Shown piece by piece: positions 49,554-58,328 of a stretch of 64,000 bases of DNA (the stretch's first letter is position 1; each line of letters starts with the position of its first letter). The DNA is from an uncultured Acidobacteriota bacterium (GTDB lineage Bacteria > Acidobacteriota > Terriglobia > Terriglobales > Acidobacteriaceae): positions 469,167-533,166 of the forward strand of contig CAVWQE010000008.1 of the NCBI GenBank assembly GCA_963757135.1, given 5' to 3'. Made by a program: the position numbers and the translations under genes. The notes below the pieces were generated by a model. It saw nothing but the letters and a program-made list of their open reading frames with translations, was not told the DNA's origin and made no database searches.

Positions 49554-50969
49554 CTACGGAGTTTCGCTGGCTGCCACCGGAGTTTCCCGGTCCCGAACTT
49601 CCCCCGCGGCGGGTGGCTGCAGGGGAAGCCGGATCTCAACTAACAACCCACCCTCTGGCAGGTTTGATGCTTTGACTGAGCCTCCGTGCAGCCTGACCGC
49701 CTGATCTGTGATAGCCAAGCCAAGACCAACGCCTCCGGTGGCACGTACTCGGGCGTCGTCAATGCGGTAAAAAGGCTGGAAAATCTTCTCCAGAGCATCC
49801 TGGGGCACGCCTGGGCCACAATCGCTTACCTGAATAGCCGCCTCCGCCAGACCCCACTTCTGTACCTTTTCCGCATGGATCTTCACGGTGGTGCCATCAG
49901 GAGTGTAGCGGGTGGCATTTCTGACCACATTCTCGATGGCGCTGTGCAGAAGCGCCGGATCCCCGAGTACCGGCAACTCGTCGAGCACTTCAGCCTGTAC
50001 TTGGCAGTTCCTTGCCTGCGCCTCAAAAGCCGCGTCGCGGGCAATTTCCTCGAGCACTTCCTCAAGCTGGACTGAAACTTTGCGCATGCCGGTGCCGCTC
50101 TCGAGGCGGGCGATTTTAGTAAGGCTGCTGATCAGCTCATTCATCCGGCTGGATTCGAGGCTAATTCGGTCAAGAACGCTTTGCGCCTCGGGTCCGGTGC
50201 GCTGCCGCGCCAGTTCAAGCGCCACAGTCAGGCGCGCCAGTGGCGAGCGAAGTTCGTGGGAAATATCTTTCAGCAGGCGCGACTGTGCGCCGATCAGCTT
50301 TTCGATCTGTTCTGCCATCAGATCGAAGTCGCGGACCAGTTGTGACATTTCGTCCTTGCCGCGAAGCGAACTGCCTCCGGCGCGGGCGGAGAGGTCGCCA
50401 CTAGCCAGTTTCTGGGTGGCGAGGCGTAGCCGCAGAATGGGGGAAGTCAGATAACGCGAAAGGATGTAGCACACTAATCCCGACGACAGCACCGCGATCA
50501 GGATTCCGAGGCCCGGAACACCTCCCGGTCCAAAAAGGGCGTTCTGCCCGGGAGGCAGTTCGGTGACCAGCGTGTAGCGATGGCCGTCGCTGCCCGTCAT
50601 TGAGGTTTTCAGCATTTGAAAGCGGGGATTAATCCGCCCCCAAAAAGTGTCGGCAGTGCTGCGTTGCCCCTTCACCGTTTCCGTAAACCAGGGCGGCACC
50701 ATGTGCCCAACCAATTGACCCTGTTCGTTGAACAGAACTGCATGCACATGCTGGTTGTCACGGAGACTGCGAAGGTAGTCCCGCAGCTTATCCGCGCCGC
50801 CGCTTTGATAGGCCTCCACTGCCTCTGAGAGGAATTTGGATTGAGACAGTTCAACCGACGTAAGCTGGCGCGTGGGCCGCATGGCCAACGTAACCAGGAT
50901 CGCCACCACGATGAACAGCGCCGTTGCCAGCCAGAACGACAGGAAAATTTTAAGGAAAAGACTTCTCAT
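49554..50969 (-). CDS. Sensor histidine kinase (CpxA/EnvZ-like: 2 TM, HAMP, HisKA, HATPase_c)
   Basis: H-box ISHELRSPLARL, N-box VVRNATRYT, G-boxes DCGPGVP and GGVGLGLAI. Confidence 0.85.
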   Translation of the reverse strand: MRSLFLKIFLSFWLATALFIVVAILVTLAMRPTRQLTSVELSQSKFLSEAVEAYQSGGADKLRDYLRSLRDNQHVHAVLFNEQGQLVGHMVPPWFTETVKGQRSTADTFWGRINPRFQMLKTSMTGSDGHRYTLVTELPPGQNALFGPGGVPGLGILIAVLSSGLVCYILSRYLTSPILRLRLATQKLASGDLSARAGGSSLRGKDEMSQLVRDFDLMAEQIEKLIGAQSRLLKDISHELRSPLARLTVALELARQRTGPEAQSVLDRISLESSRMNELISSLTKIARLESGTGMRKVSVQLEEVLEEIARDAAFEAQARNCQVQAEVLDELPVLGDPALLHSAIENVVRNATRYTPDGTTVKIHAEKVQKWGLAEAAIQVSDCGPGVPQDALEKIFQPFYRIDDARVRATGGVGLGLAITDQAVRLHGGSVKASNLPEGGLLVEIRLPLQPPAAGEVRDRETPVAASETP

Positions 50970-51676
50970 CGGGCACCGTTCTTACCTTTGGGGCGCGCCA
51001 GCGCGAAGATGTATCCAGCGCCGCGAATGGTCTTGATATGTTCTTCGGAATCGGAATCGCCCAATTTTTTTCGCACCTTGCTCACGTGCATGTCAATGCT
51101 GCGGTCAAACGGCGAGAACTTGCGGCCGAGGACTTCGTCCACCAACGCTTCGCGGGTGACCACGCGTCCGGCTTCGCGTAGCAGCACATGCAACAGGCCG
51201 AACTCAACCGAAGTTAGTTCTACTGGGGTGCCGCGATGGTGCACGGTTCGTGTGGCTGGATCAAGATCGACGTCTCCCACGCGAATAACATCGGGAACCT
51301 CCGCTTCAGCCTTGCCATGCGTTCGCCGTAGAATCGCTCGAATTCGTGCGACCAATTCCCGCGGATTGAATGGCTTGGGCAAATAGTCGTCAGCGCCAAT
51401 TTCCAGGCCGACGATACGGTCCACATCCTCACCACGCGCCGTCAGCAACAAAACCGGCAATCGTGAGCTGTCGCGAATTTTTCGAAGTACATCGAAGCCA
51501 TTCATGCCGGGTAGCATTACGTCCAGGACGGCGATCAAGTAGTCGCCGCTCAGTGCGGATGCGAGGCCCGCTTTGCCATCGTGCACACATGCCACCTGGA
51601 AACCTTCAGGCCGCAGATATTCGCTGACCAGCGAACACAATTCGGTGTCATCATCAATGACGAGGATGCGTTCCAC
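50966..51676 (-). CDS. OmpR/PhoB-family response regulator (CpxR-like)
   Basis: Receiver domain (ILVIDDD, LDVMLPGMNG, LTARG) and a winged-helix output domain (LTSVEFGLLHVL...IKTIRGAGY). ATGA overlap with the kinase gene. Confidence 0.88.
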   Translation of the reverse strand: MERILVIDDDTELCSLVSEYLRPEGFQVACVHDGKAGLASALSGDYLIAVLDVMLPGMNGFDVLRKIRDSSRLPVLLLTARGEDVDRIVGLEIGADDYLPKPFNPRELVARIRAILRRTHGKAEAEVPDVIRVGDVDLDPATRTVHHRGTPVELTSVEFGLLHVLLREAGRVVTREALVDEVLGRKFSPFDRSIDMHVSKVRKKLGDSDSEEHIKTIRGAGYIFALARPKGKNGAR

Positions 51677-51746
51677 AGTAATTTCATTTTAGTAGCAGCT
51701 CTGGCAGGAAAGCAGTAAAGATTCGTCAAAGGCAAGAAGTCCTGCT

Positions 51747-51761
51747 TTTACAAAGATTTAC
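51747..51761. promoter_or_regulatory. CpxR-box-like direct repeat TTTAC-N5-TTTAC (GTAAA-N5-GTAAA on the other strand)
   Basis: Read directly. A further TTTAC lies at 51778-51782, and GTAAA-N5-GTCAA lies at 51715-51729 in the same divergent intergenic region. Confidence 0.5.
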
Positions 51762-51859
51762 TTGGTTTGACGCACTCTTTACTACCTTTTGCCCTGGGCG
51801 GTGTTCCTATCTACGTAGGGCGCATGCCTCAAAGAGAAGCTTGCGGCCAGGAGGAAGCT

Positions 51860-52357
51860 GTGAAATCGAGAATCGCAAAAACTACGGCATTCGGCGCCTT
51901 GGCGCTGACACTTATTGCGGGCATTGCCCTCGCGCAAATGCCCGAAGGTGGGAAACCCATGCATCGCGGCATGCACGGCGGCATGATGGGAGTGGGAATG
52001 GGATTTCTGCACGGGTTGAATCTGACTGACGAGCAGCACGCGCAGGTCAAGCAGATTTTGGCGGCCGAAAAACCCAACATGAAGCCGCTGATGAAACAGG
52101 AATTCCAATCGCGCCAGCAAATGATGCAGTTAATCACCAGCGGACCTTTCGATCAGGCCAAGGTGACGGCACTGGCGCAGCAGGAAGCGCAGGTTCACAT
52201 TCAATTGCAAGTAGAACACGCAAAGATGGCGTCGCAGATCTACGCATTGCTGGATTCAACACAGAAGGCCAAGGTGGCTGACATGATGGCCAAACACCAG
52301 CAGCGCATGCAGGACCACATGCAGAACCAGGCGCCGCCGGCAGATCAGCAGCAGTAA
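51860..52357 (+). CDS. Periplasmic Spy/CpxP-family chaperone-like protein (LTXXQ motifs)
   Basis: GTG start preceded by GGAGGA, a signal peptide (KTTAFGALALTLIAGIALAQ), and the motifs LNLTDEQHAQV and LDSTQKAKV. Confidence 0.7.
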   Translation: MKSRIAKTTAFGALALTLIAGIALAQMPEGGKPMHRGMHGGMMGVGMGFLHGLNLTDEQHAQVKQILAAEKPNMKPLMKQEFQSRQQMMQLITSGPFDQAKVTALAQQEAQVHIQLQVEHAKMASQIYALLDSTQKAKVADMMAKHQQRMQDHMQNQAPPADQQQ

Positions 52358-52419
52358 TCGGTGCGTGTAATCGTGTGAGGGGGCGAACGATTGGTTTCGC
52401 CCTGATACCAGGAGAGGAC

Positions 52420-52638
52420 ATGGCAAGCAGAGCTACCCAAACTGATTTTGTCGATATGGTCGCCGAGGAAGTTTCTTCAGGAATCGATCGCGCCCTGGGT
52501 TACTGGCTGGGTCGGATCGAGTTGGAAGTTGTGGACCGCAGCCTGACCACATCCCAGCGAATCGATGCCATTGAAAACATCTTGACGGAGTACAAGGTCC
52601 GCAGCGGTAGGGTTGACATGGACTGTGCCTCGGCTTAA
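52420..52638 (+). CDS. Hypothetical small protein (72 aa)
   Basis: ATG preceded by GGAGAGGA. No recognisable motifs. Confidence 0.35.
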   Translation: MASRATQTDFVDMVAEEVSSGIDRALGYWLGRIELEVVDRSLTTSQRIDAIENILTEYKVRSGRVDMDCASA

Positions 52639-52891
52639 CGATAACTTTTTGTGAAATTCTTTCGAGGTGAAGTGTGAGCTTTGAATCCGTAATTTCGTTT
52701 CTAAGCGGTTCCGACCTGCTGTTTGTGGTTTTTTGGGTCTTGCTGCTGGCTGCGGCTTTTGTTGTGGCGTTTCCGGAACCCCCGACCCTGGCCCGCAACC
52801 GATCGCATGGCGAAAACGGGCCCCGCAGGCAATAGTCCGCCGCTGGCAGATCCCTGAACCCGTCACTGCTAAAATCTCATCTATTAAATTC

Positions 52892-54712
52892 ATGCTGCTG
52901 GCAAATCTTCGTCCTCTTTTCCCCTATCTAAAGAAATACCGGAGCAGCTATCTCTGGGGCGCGCTCTGCGTTCTCCTCATGAACGGTGTATGGGTACTCT
53001 TCCCCCTGGTGGTTGGCCGGTCCATCGACTCCCTTGAACATGCCGACCCATCGCCCCAAATACTTCGCCTGATCGCAAAACTTGTAGCGATGATCCTCGC
53101 CGTGGCTGTGACCAAAGCGATCTTTCAGTTTCTTACGCGCTGGATCGTGATTGGCGTGTCACGGGAAATTGAATTTGATCTCCGCAACGATCTGTTTCGA
53201 CATCTCGAAGGGCTGTCGTACAGCTTCTACCAGCGCACAAGAACAGGCGACATAATGGCGCGGGCCACCAATGACCTGAACGCGGTCCGCATGCTGCTGG
53301 GCCCGGCGATCATGTACTCGGCAAATACGATTGTGTTCACCGCCGGCGCACTCGCGTTCATGCTGTCGATCAGTCCAAAGCTGACGTTGTATGCGTTTCT
53401 GCCGCTGCCTGTCGTTAGCATCGTCATCCAGTACTTTGGACGGCGAATTCATGAGCGCTTCGAACGCATTCAGGCAATGTTTTCGGAAATTTCCGCCCGC
53501 GTGCAGGAAAACTTTTCTGGTGTTCGCGTGATTCGCGCCTACGTGCAGGAACAAGCCGAAACCGCCAGCTTCGAAAAATCCAATCGCGAATACATTGCCC
53601 GCAGTCTGAAATTAGTCCGGCTCATGGGAATGCTGTGGCCTACGCTCGAAACCATGCTCGGGTTGGCCATCGTGCTGGTCTTGTGGATTGGCGGCCGCGA
53701 GGTCATCAGCGGACAATCAACTATTCACCTGACTTCCTACCTGGGCACGACCACCACCATCAATCTCTACGGCTCGATGAGCGTGGGTGATTTCGTAGCG
53801 TTCAACACCTACATGGTCCTGTTGACATGGCCCGTAATCGCGCTCGGCTGGGTCATTAATATTTTCCAGCGCGGCACCGCATCGCTGGCGCGCATCCATC
53901 AGCTAATGCTGGAGAAGCCGGAGATCACTGATGCTCCCGGAGTAGCTGGGTCGCCGGACGGCGAGCTCCACGGCGATGTCGAATTTCATAATCTCAATTT
54001 CGCCTACAACGGCACCACCGTATTGCATGACGTCAACCTGCACATCCCGGCAGGAAGCAGTCTAGCGATCGTCGGGCCAACGGGCTCAGGCAAAACCACG
54101 CTGGTCAGCCTGATCCCGCGAATCTACGATACGGAATCTGGCATGGTCCTAATCGACGGCAAACCTGTCCGCGAATACGCTCTCGCCGACCTGCGCCAGG
54201 ACATCGGCTTCGTGCCGCAGGAAACATTTCTGTTTAGTGAAACCATCCGCGAAAACATCGCCTTTGGCGTGCAGAAGGCCAGCGACGAAGAAGTGAGTTG
54301 GGCAGCAGAAGCGGCGAATATCGCCACCGATATCGAAGGCTTCCCTGACAAGTACAAGACTCTGGTGGGTGAGCGCGGAATCACGCTCTCAGGCGGGCAG
54401 AAGCAGCGTACCGCTATTGCCCGCGCGCTCATTCGCAATCCCCGAATTCTGATTCTGGATGACGCTCTCTCCAGCGTGGACACGCAGACCGAGGACAAGA
54501 TTCTGAATCATCTCCGTGAAGTCATGCACGGACGGACGACGATATTCATTTCGCATCGTGTCTCGACGGTTCGTAATGCCGACCGAATCGCAGTCCTTCA
54601 CGGCGGGAGGATTGTCGAACTGGGGTCGCACGAAGAACTTATCGCTCTGAATGGCTACTACACCGACCTCTACAACAAACAGTTGCTGGAAGAAGAGTTG
54701 GCTGAGGTGTAG
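52892..54712 (+). CDS. ABC exporter, fused permease and ATPase (MsbA/multidrug type)
   Basis: 6-TM domain followed by Walker A GPTGSGKTT, signature LSGGQKQR and Walker B ILILDDALS. The ATG at 52892 (MLLANLRPLFPYLKKY) is preferred over the TTG at 52733. Confidence 0.88.
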   Translation: MLLANLRPLFPYLKKYRSSYLWGALCVLLMNGVWVLFPLVVGRSIDSLEHADPSPQILRLIAKLVAMILAVAVTKAIFQFLTRWIVIGVSREIEFDLRNDLFRHLEGLSYSFYQRTRTGDIMARATNDLNAVRMLLGPAIMYSANTIVFTAGALAFMLSISPKLTLYAFLPLPVVSIVIQYFGRRIHERFERIQAMFSEISARVQENFSGVRVIRAYVQEQAETASFEKSNREYIARSLKLVRLMGMLWPTLETMLGLAIVLVLWIGGREVISGQSTIHLTSYLGTTTTINLYGSMSVGDFVAFNTYMVLLTWPVIALGWVINIFQRGTASLARIHQLMLEKPEITDAPGVAGSPDGELHGDVEFHNLNFAYNGTTVLHDVNLHIPAGSSLAIVGPTGSGKTTLVSLIPRIYDTESGMVLIDGKPVREYALADLRQDIGFVPQETFLFSETIRENIAFGVQKASDEEVSWAAEAANIATDIEGFPDKYKTLVGERGITLSGGQKQRTAIARALIRNPRILILDDALSSVDTQTEDKILNHLREVMHGRTTIFISHRVSTVRNADRIAVLHGGRIVELGSHEELIALNGYYTDLYNKQLLEEELAEV

Positions 54713-54719
54713 CGAAAAA

Positions 54720-54861
54720 CTTCTTTTCCACGGATAAACACGGATGACGCGGATCTAAGATCTTAAAAGTGCGAGCTGGCACGCTTTCTAAAGTGATTTT
54801 TATTTCTGCGCTCTTTCGCTTACTTAATCCGCGTCATCTGTGTTCATCCGCGGAAGAGAAG
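54720..54861. mobile_element. MITE/REP-like element with approximately 35-bp imperfect terminal inverted repeats
   Basis: Left arm cttcttttccacggataaacacggatgacgcggat and right arm atccgcgtcatctgtgttcatccgcggaagagaag, flanking an AT-richer core of about 72 nt. It sits between the ABC exporter and the methyltransferase gene. Confidence 0.6.
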
Positions 54862-54932
54862 TAGCTGTGTCGCGGGTCAATTGTCAGCCAATCCTGACAT
54901 GCCTGCACACTCAATCCTTTACAATCCAGCCC

Positions 54933-55820
54933 ATGCAGCGACGGCCCACGCACGAACTACTGGACGATGACTCCGGTACTCCGAAGGAAGTTGCTGATTC
55001 GCTGCTCGACCTGCGCTGGTTCAACCGCTGGTTTGGAGGCATTGCCACTACCCGCGCCCTGATTCAGACGGTCGCCCGCAAGACCGGCAAATCAGAATTC
55101 TCCCTCCTGGAAGTTGCGGCCGGCGACGGTTCTTTAATGCAAGCCGTCTGCACCAGCTTGCAAAGCAACGGAGTCCGGTTGAACATAACCTTGTTAGACC
55201 GCGCTCCCTCGCACCTTCCCGCGCTTGCGACTTCAGATCACAACGGAAACTCCTCGGCCAGCCCGGCTAATGCTCGCGTGGGCCAAGATGCTCGTGTGGG
55301 TCGGACATTCTTGTCCGACGCCGTTGGTGTTGGGGTTGGGGCTCAAGATCAAAAGCAAGATCAAAATCAAAAGCGTCGGACAAGAATGTCCGACCCACAC
55401 GAGCATCTTGGCCCACACGAGCCGAATGCTTTCAGCAGAGCCGTCGTTGCCGATGCTCTCAGCCTTCCGTTCCCCGACTCGGCTTTCGACCTGATTTCGT
55501 GCTCCCTCTTCGTCCACCACTTATCGCCGGATCATGTCACGACGTTTGCCCGCGAAAGTCTCCGCGTATGCCGCCACGCTGTCCTGGTGCACGATTTGGT
55601 GCGCAGTCCTCTGCACCTGGCATTTGCTTACGCAGGGAAGCCGCTGTATCGCAGCCGTCTGACGCGCAATGATGCGCCGGCATCCGTGCGTCAGGCCTAC
55701 ACCATCGACGAGATGAAACAGTTTTTTCGCGCCGCAGGTGTGGCCAGCGTAGACGCGCAGACGCACTACTTTTATCGCATGGGCGTGATTGCCTGGAAGG
55801 GAAGCGACCCGCAGGCATGA
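54933..55820 (+). CDS. Class I SAM-dependent methyltransferase containing an in-frame hairpin-element insertion
   Basis: Motif I LLEVAAGDGSL, then LLDR, and after the insertion ADALSLPFPDSAFDLISCSLFVHHL. ATG at 54933. Confidence 0.7.
   Translation: MQRRPTHELLDDDSGTPKEVADSLLDLRWFNRWFGGIATTRALIQTVARKTGKSEFSLLEVAAGDGSLMQAVCTSLQSNGVRLNITLLDRAPSHLPALATSDHNGNSSASPANARVGQDARVGRTFLSDAVGVGVGAQDQKQDQNQKRRTRMSDPHEHLGPHEPNAFSRAVVADALSLPFPDSAFDLISCSLFVHHLSPDHVTTFARESLRVCRHAVLVHDLVRSPLHLAFAYAGKPLYRSRLTRNDAPASVRQAYTIDEMKQFFRAAGVASVDAQTHYFYRMGVIAWKGSDPQA
55273..55423. repeat. Near-perfect inverted repeat (49-nt arms, 53-nt spacer) inside the methyltransferase CDS
   Basis: gctcgCgtgggccaagatgctcgtgtgggtcggacattcttgtccgacg against the reverse complement of 55375-55423 matches at 48 of 49 positions. 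Each arm also holds an internal palindrome gtcggaca-ttct-tgtccgac. Confidence 0.9.
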
Positions 55821-56920
55821 TTTATGACCTGATTGTAATCGGGGGCGGGCCCGCCGGTTGCGCAGCCGCGATTTCGAGGGCGCGAGGGGGTGCAGGTGTC
55901 CTGCTGCTGGAGCGAGGGCATTTTCCTCGACATAAAGTCTGCGGCGAGTTTGTTTCAGCGGAGTCACTCGAACTTCTCGAGACTCTACTAGCAGCCGATT
56001 TTCGCACGTTAATGACAACCGCGCCGCGTATCTCGACCGGTCGAATCTTTGCCGACGGAGCGGAGATTCCGGCCGAGATCAATCCTCCCGCAGCAAGCAT
56101 TGCCCGCTATGATCTCGATGCTGCGTTGTGGAACTCCGCGATTCAGAGCGGAGTAGACGCGTTAGAAGACTGCACGGTGAAGTCGGTGGCGCGCAGTGGT
56201 CCCCGACTCTTCCAAGTGGCGACACAATCGGGCGCATTCGAAGCCCGAGCCCTGGTCAACGCCACCGGCCGCTGGTCTTTCCTTACCGCCCCATCCACCC
56301 GCGCGCGTGCCGCGAATAGCCGCTGGATTGGAGTAAAGGCCCATTTTCGCGAAGCAGCCGCGGCGGCATCGGTGGACCTGTACTTTTTCCCTGGAGGATA
56401 TTGCGGAGTACAACCGGTCAGTGCACCGGTGAAGGGATCGAAAGGGATTATCAACGCATGCGCCATGGTGAAAGCCGATGTCGCCACCGACCTGGCCAAG
56501 ATTTTTCGATGTCATCCGGCTTTATACGCGCGCAGCCGGAATTGGGAGCCCGTCATGCAGCCGGTCAGCACCTCGCCGCTGATTTTTCACGAACCGGAGC
56601 CTGTGCAGGGTGACATCTTGCAAGCTGGCGACTCGGCCACTTTCGTGGATCCCTTCATCGGTGACGGCATCTCACTCGCCCTGCGAAGCGGCACACTGGC
56701 GGCAGAGTGCCTTGGCCCGCTCTTCACCGGCGAATGCACTCTCAAAATGGCGGCCGCAGAATATGCCAGCCAATATCGCCGCCAGTTTGCACCGGTGTTT
56801 CGAGCCTCGTCCCACCTGCGTAACTTCCTTAAGCTTCCCGGCCTGGTGCGCCGTCCCGTGATGTCAATTCTCCAGAGAACGCCGGCGATTACGCGGCACT
56901 TGGTCAGAATGACCCGCTAG
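55817..56920 (+). CDS. FAD-dependent oxidoreductase (geranylgeranyl reductase-like family)
   Basis: DLIVIGGGPAGCAAA dinucleotide fold, GDSATFVDPFIGDGI motif, and an ATGA overlap with the upstream methyltransferase. Confidence 0.75.
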   Translation: MIYDLIVIGGGPAGCAAAISRARGGAGVLLLERGHFPRHKVCGEFVSAESLELLETLLAADFRTLMTTAPRISTGRIFADGAEIPAEINPPAASIARYDLDAALWNSAIQSGVDALEDCTVKSVARSGPRLFQVATQSGAFEARALVNATGRWSFLTAPSTRARAANSRWIGVKAHFREAAAAASVDLYFFPGGYCGVQPVSAPVKGSKGIINACAMVKADVATDLAKIFRCHPALYARSRNWEPVMQPVSTSPLIFHEPEPVQGDILQAGDSATFVDPFIGDGISLALRSGTLAAECLGPLFTGECTLKMAAAEYASQYRRQFAPVFRASSHLRNFLKLPGLVRRPVMSILQRTPAITRHLVRMTR

Positions 56921-56936
56921 CGGATAGCGGCAAATT

Positions 56937-57605
56937 TCAACGAATCACCAGCACTTCGCGGATATTGTCGCGGGAGAGAAAGAATTTGATCGATGCGAAG
57001 TCGCGAAACAAAGTCTCGATGTGGCGATTATTGAAGACGCGTTGCAGAGCACGCGGCTTTGCCGCTGCGGGACTCCGGGGATCACGTTTGGCATTCAAGG
57101 TGTGCATTTCGAGGTCGGCGCCTTCGGTCAGGTGATAACGGAAATAGGGTGCGTCCGGGCCTGCCTCACGGGTGTGAAAGAATGCCAGCAACTGCCCGCC
57201 GGGTTTCATCATTGACCACAGGCGTCCGATAACCGGCTTCACCAGGCCCTCGTCCATGTAGTCGGCCAGGTTCCAGCAAAACACGATATCGAAGTGAGCG
57301 TTTGGATAAGCAAGGTTCTCTTCCAGAAATTTCTTGCTGTCCACTACAAGTTGGCCTTGCTCGCCTTTGACCATCAATTCCGGATCGGTCGAAGCCTCCA
57401 GCAGATCCTGGCTATAGATTCGATGTCCGCGCTGGGTGAAGAAGCGAATATTGCTGGCAGAGGTCGCCCCGATATCGAACACACAAAGCGGATCTTCGGA
57501 TTTGAAGATGCGCGAGAGTTCGGCCATGGCGCTCGACCGGCGGCTCATGCGCTGTGGAGTTTTCGGCGCCGGCGGCTCTGCCGGCGTGCTGCGAAAGAAT
57601 TTCAT
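56937..57605 (-). CDS. Class I SAM-dependent methyltransferase
   Basis: VFDIGATSASN (motif I-like), FDIVFCWNLADYM, MKPGGQLL. The ATG at 57605 is preferred over 57665. Confidence 0.6.
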   Translation of the reverse strand: MKFFRSTPAEPPAPKTPQRMSRRSSAMAELSRIFKSEDPLCVFDIGATSASNIRFFTQRGHRIYSQDLLEASTDPELMVKGEQGQLVVDSKKFLEENLAYPNAHFDIVFCWNLADYMDEGLVKPVIGRLWSMMKPGGQLLAFFHTREAGPDAPYFRYHLTEGADLEMHTLNAKRDPRSPAAAKPRALQRVFNNRHIETLFRDFASIKFFLSRDNIREVLVIR

Positions 57606-57720
57606 GAGAATTGCGGACTTGCAGTCGGCGGGATTTCCGGCCGCTGCATTCCCAACGGGTACCAATCGCTGGGAAAATAACTATAGCCCACTATAAATGC
57701 TGTGCGCCGCAAAGGCCAGA

Positions 57721-58146
57721 TCACTTGGTTTGTTCGGAGGCTGGTACTGTCGTAACCGGCGCCCCAGTGGACGCCGAGGCCGCTACCGCAGCCGCGCTCG
57801 GTTGAGGCTTGCTTTCTGGCACTATTTCCAGTTTGCCTTTGAAAAAGGCGCCTTCCTCGATGGCGATCCGTCGCGACTGGACATCGCCATTTACCACTGC
57901 GGTCTTGCGAAATTCACTGCGCTCGCTGGCTTGAATGTTGCCGTCGAGCGATCCGCCAATGTTCACATTTTTGGCCGTTATATTGGCGCGCACGCGTCCA
58001 TTTGGCCCGATAGTCAGGCTGTTACCGGAGAGCTGAATACTACCCTCGACCTGGCCGTCCACGTAAATATCCTCGCTTCCGGAGAGCTCTCCTTTGATGC
58101 AGACCGACTTCCCAATGTGAGCGAATTCTGACGATGTCAAACTCAT
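57721..58146 (-). CDS. Bactofilin-family cytoskeletal protein
   Basis: Beta-helix repeat pattern IKGELSGSEDIYVDGQVEGSIQLSGNSLTIGPNGRVRANITAKNVNIGGSLDGNI..., plus a Pro/Ala-rich tail. Confidence 0.8.
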   Translation of the reverse strand: MSLTSSEFAHIGKSVCIKGELSGSEDIYVDGQVEGSIQLSGNSLTIGPNGRVRANITAKNVNIGGSLDGNIQASERSEFRKTAVVNGDVQSRRIAIEEGAFFKGKLEIVPESKPQPSAAAVAASASTGAPVTTVPASEQTK

Positions 58147-58328
58147 GGATTGCCTCCGCGAGGGCCGCTACTGCTAATGACAAAGGATTGTAAACCATCT
58201 TCCGCCCGATCAAGCCTATTACTTGAGCGCGGTGAGACATGCGTGCTGTGATTCACTGAATGGCCTGAGTCTAAAACTGAGCACCAGCAAAAATAGCAGA
58301 GCTCCGGCTTCGGACTAGAATGGCCTGA

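Noticed and set aside
55225-55520. 89-aa (plus) and 95-aa (minus) ORFs across the hairpin element
   Set aside because: They are mirror-image ORFs created by the palindromic symmetry of the 55273-55423 inverted repeat. Both translate to near-identical peptides and are not credible genes.
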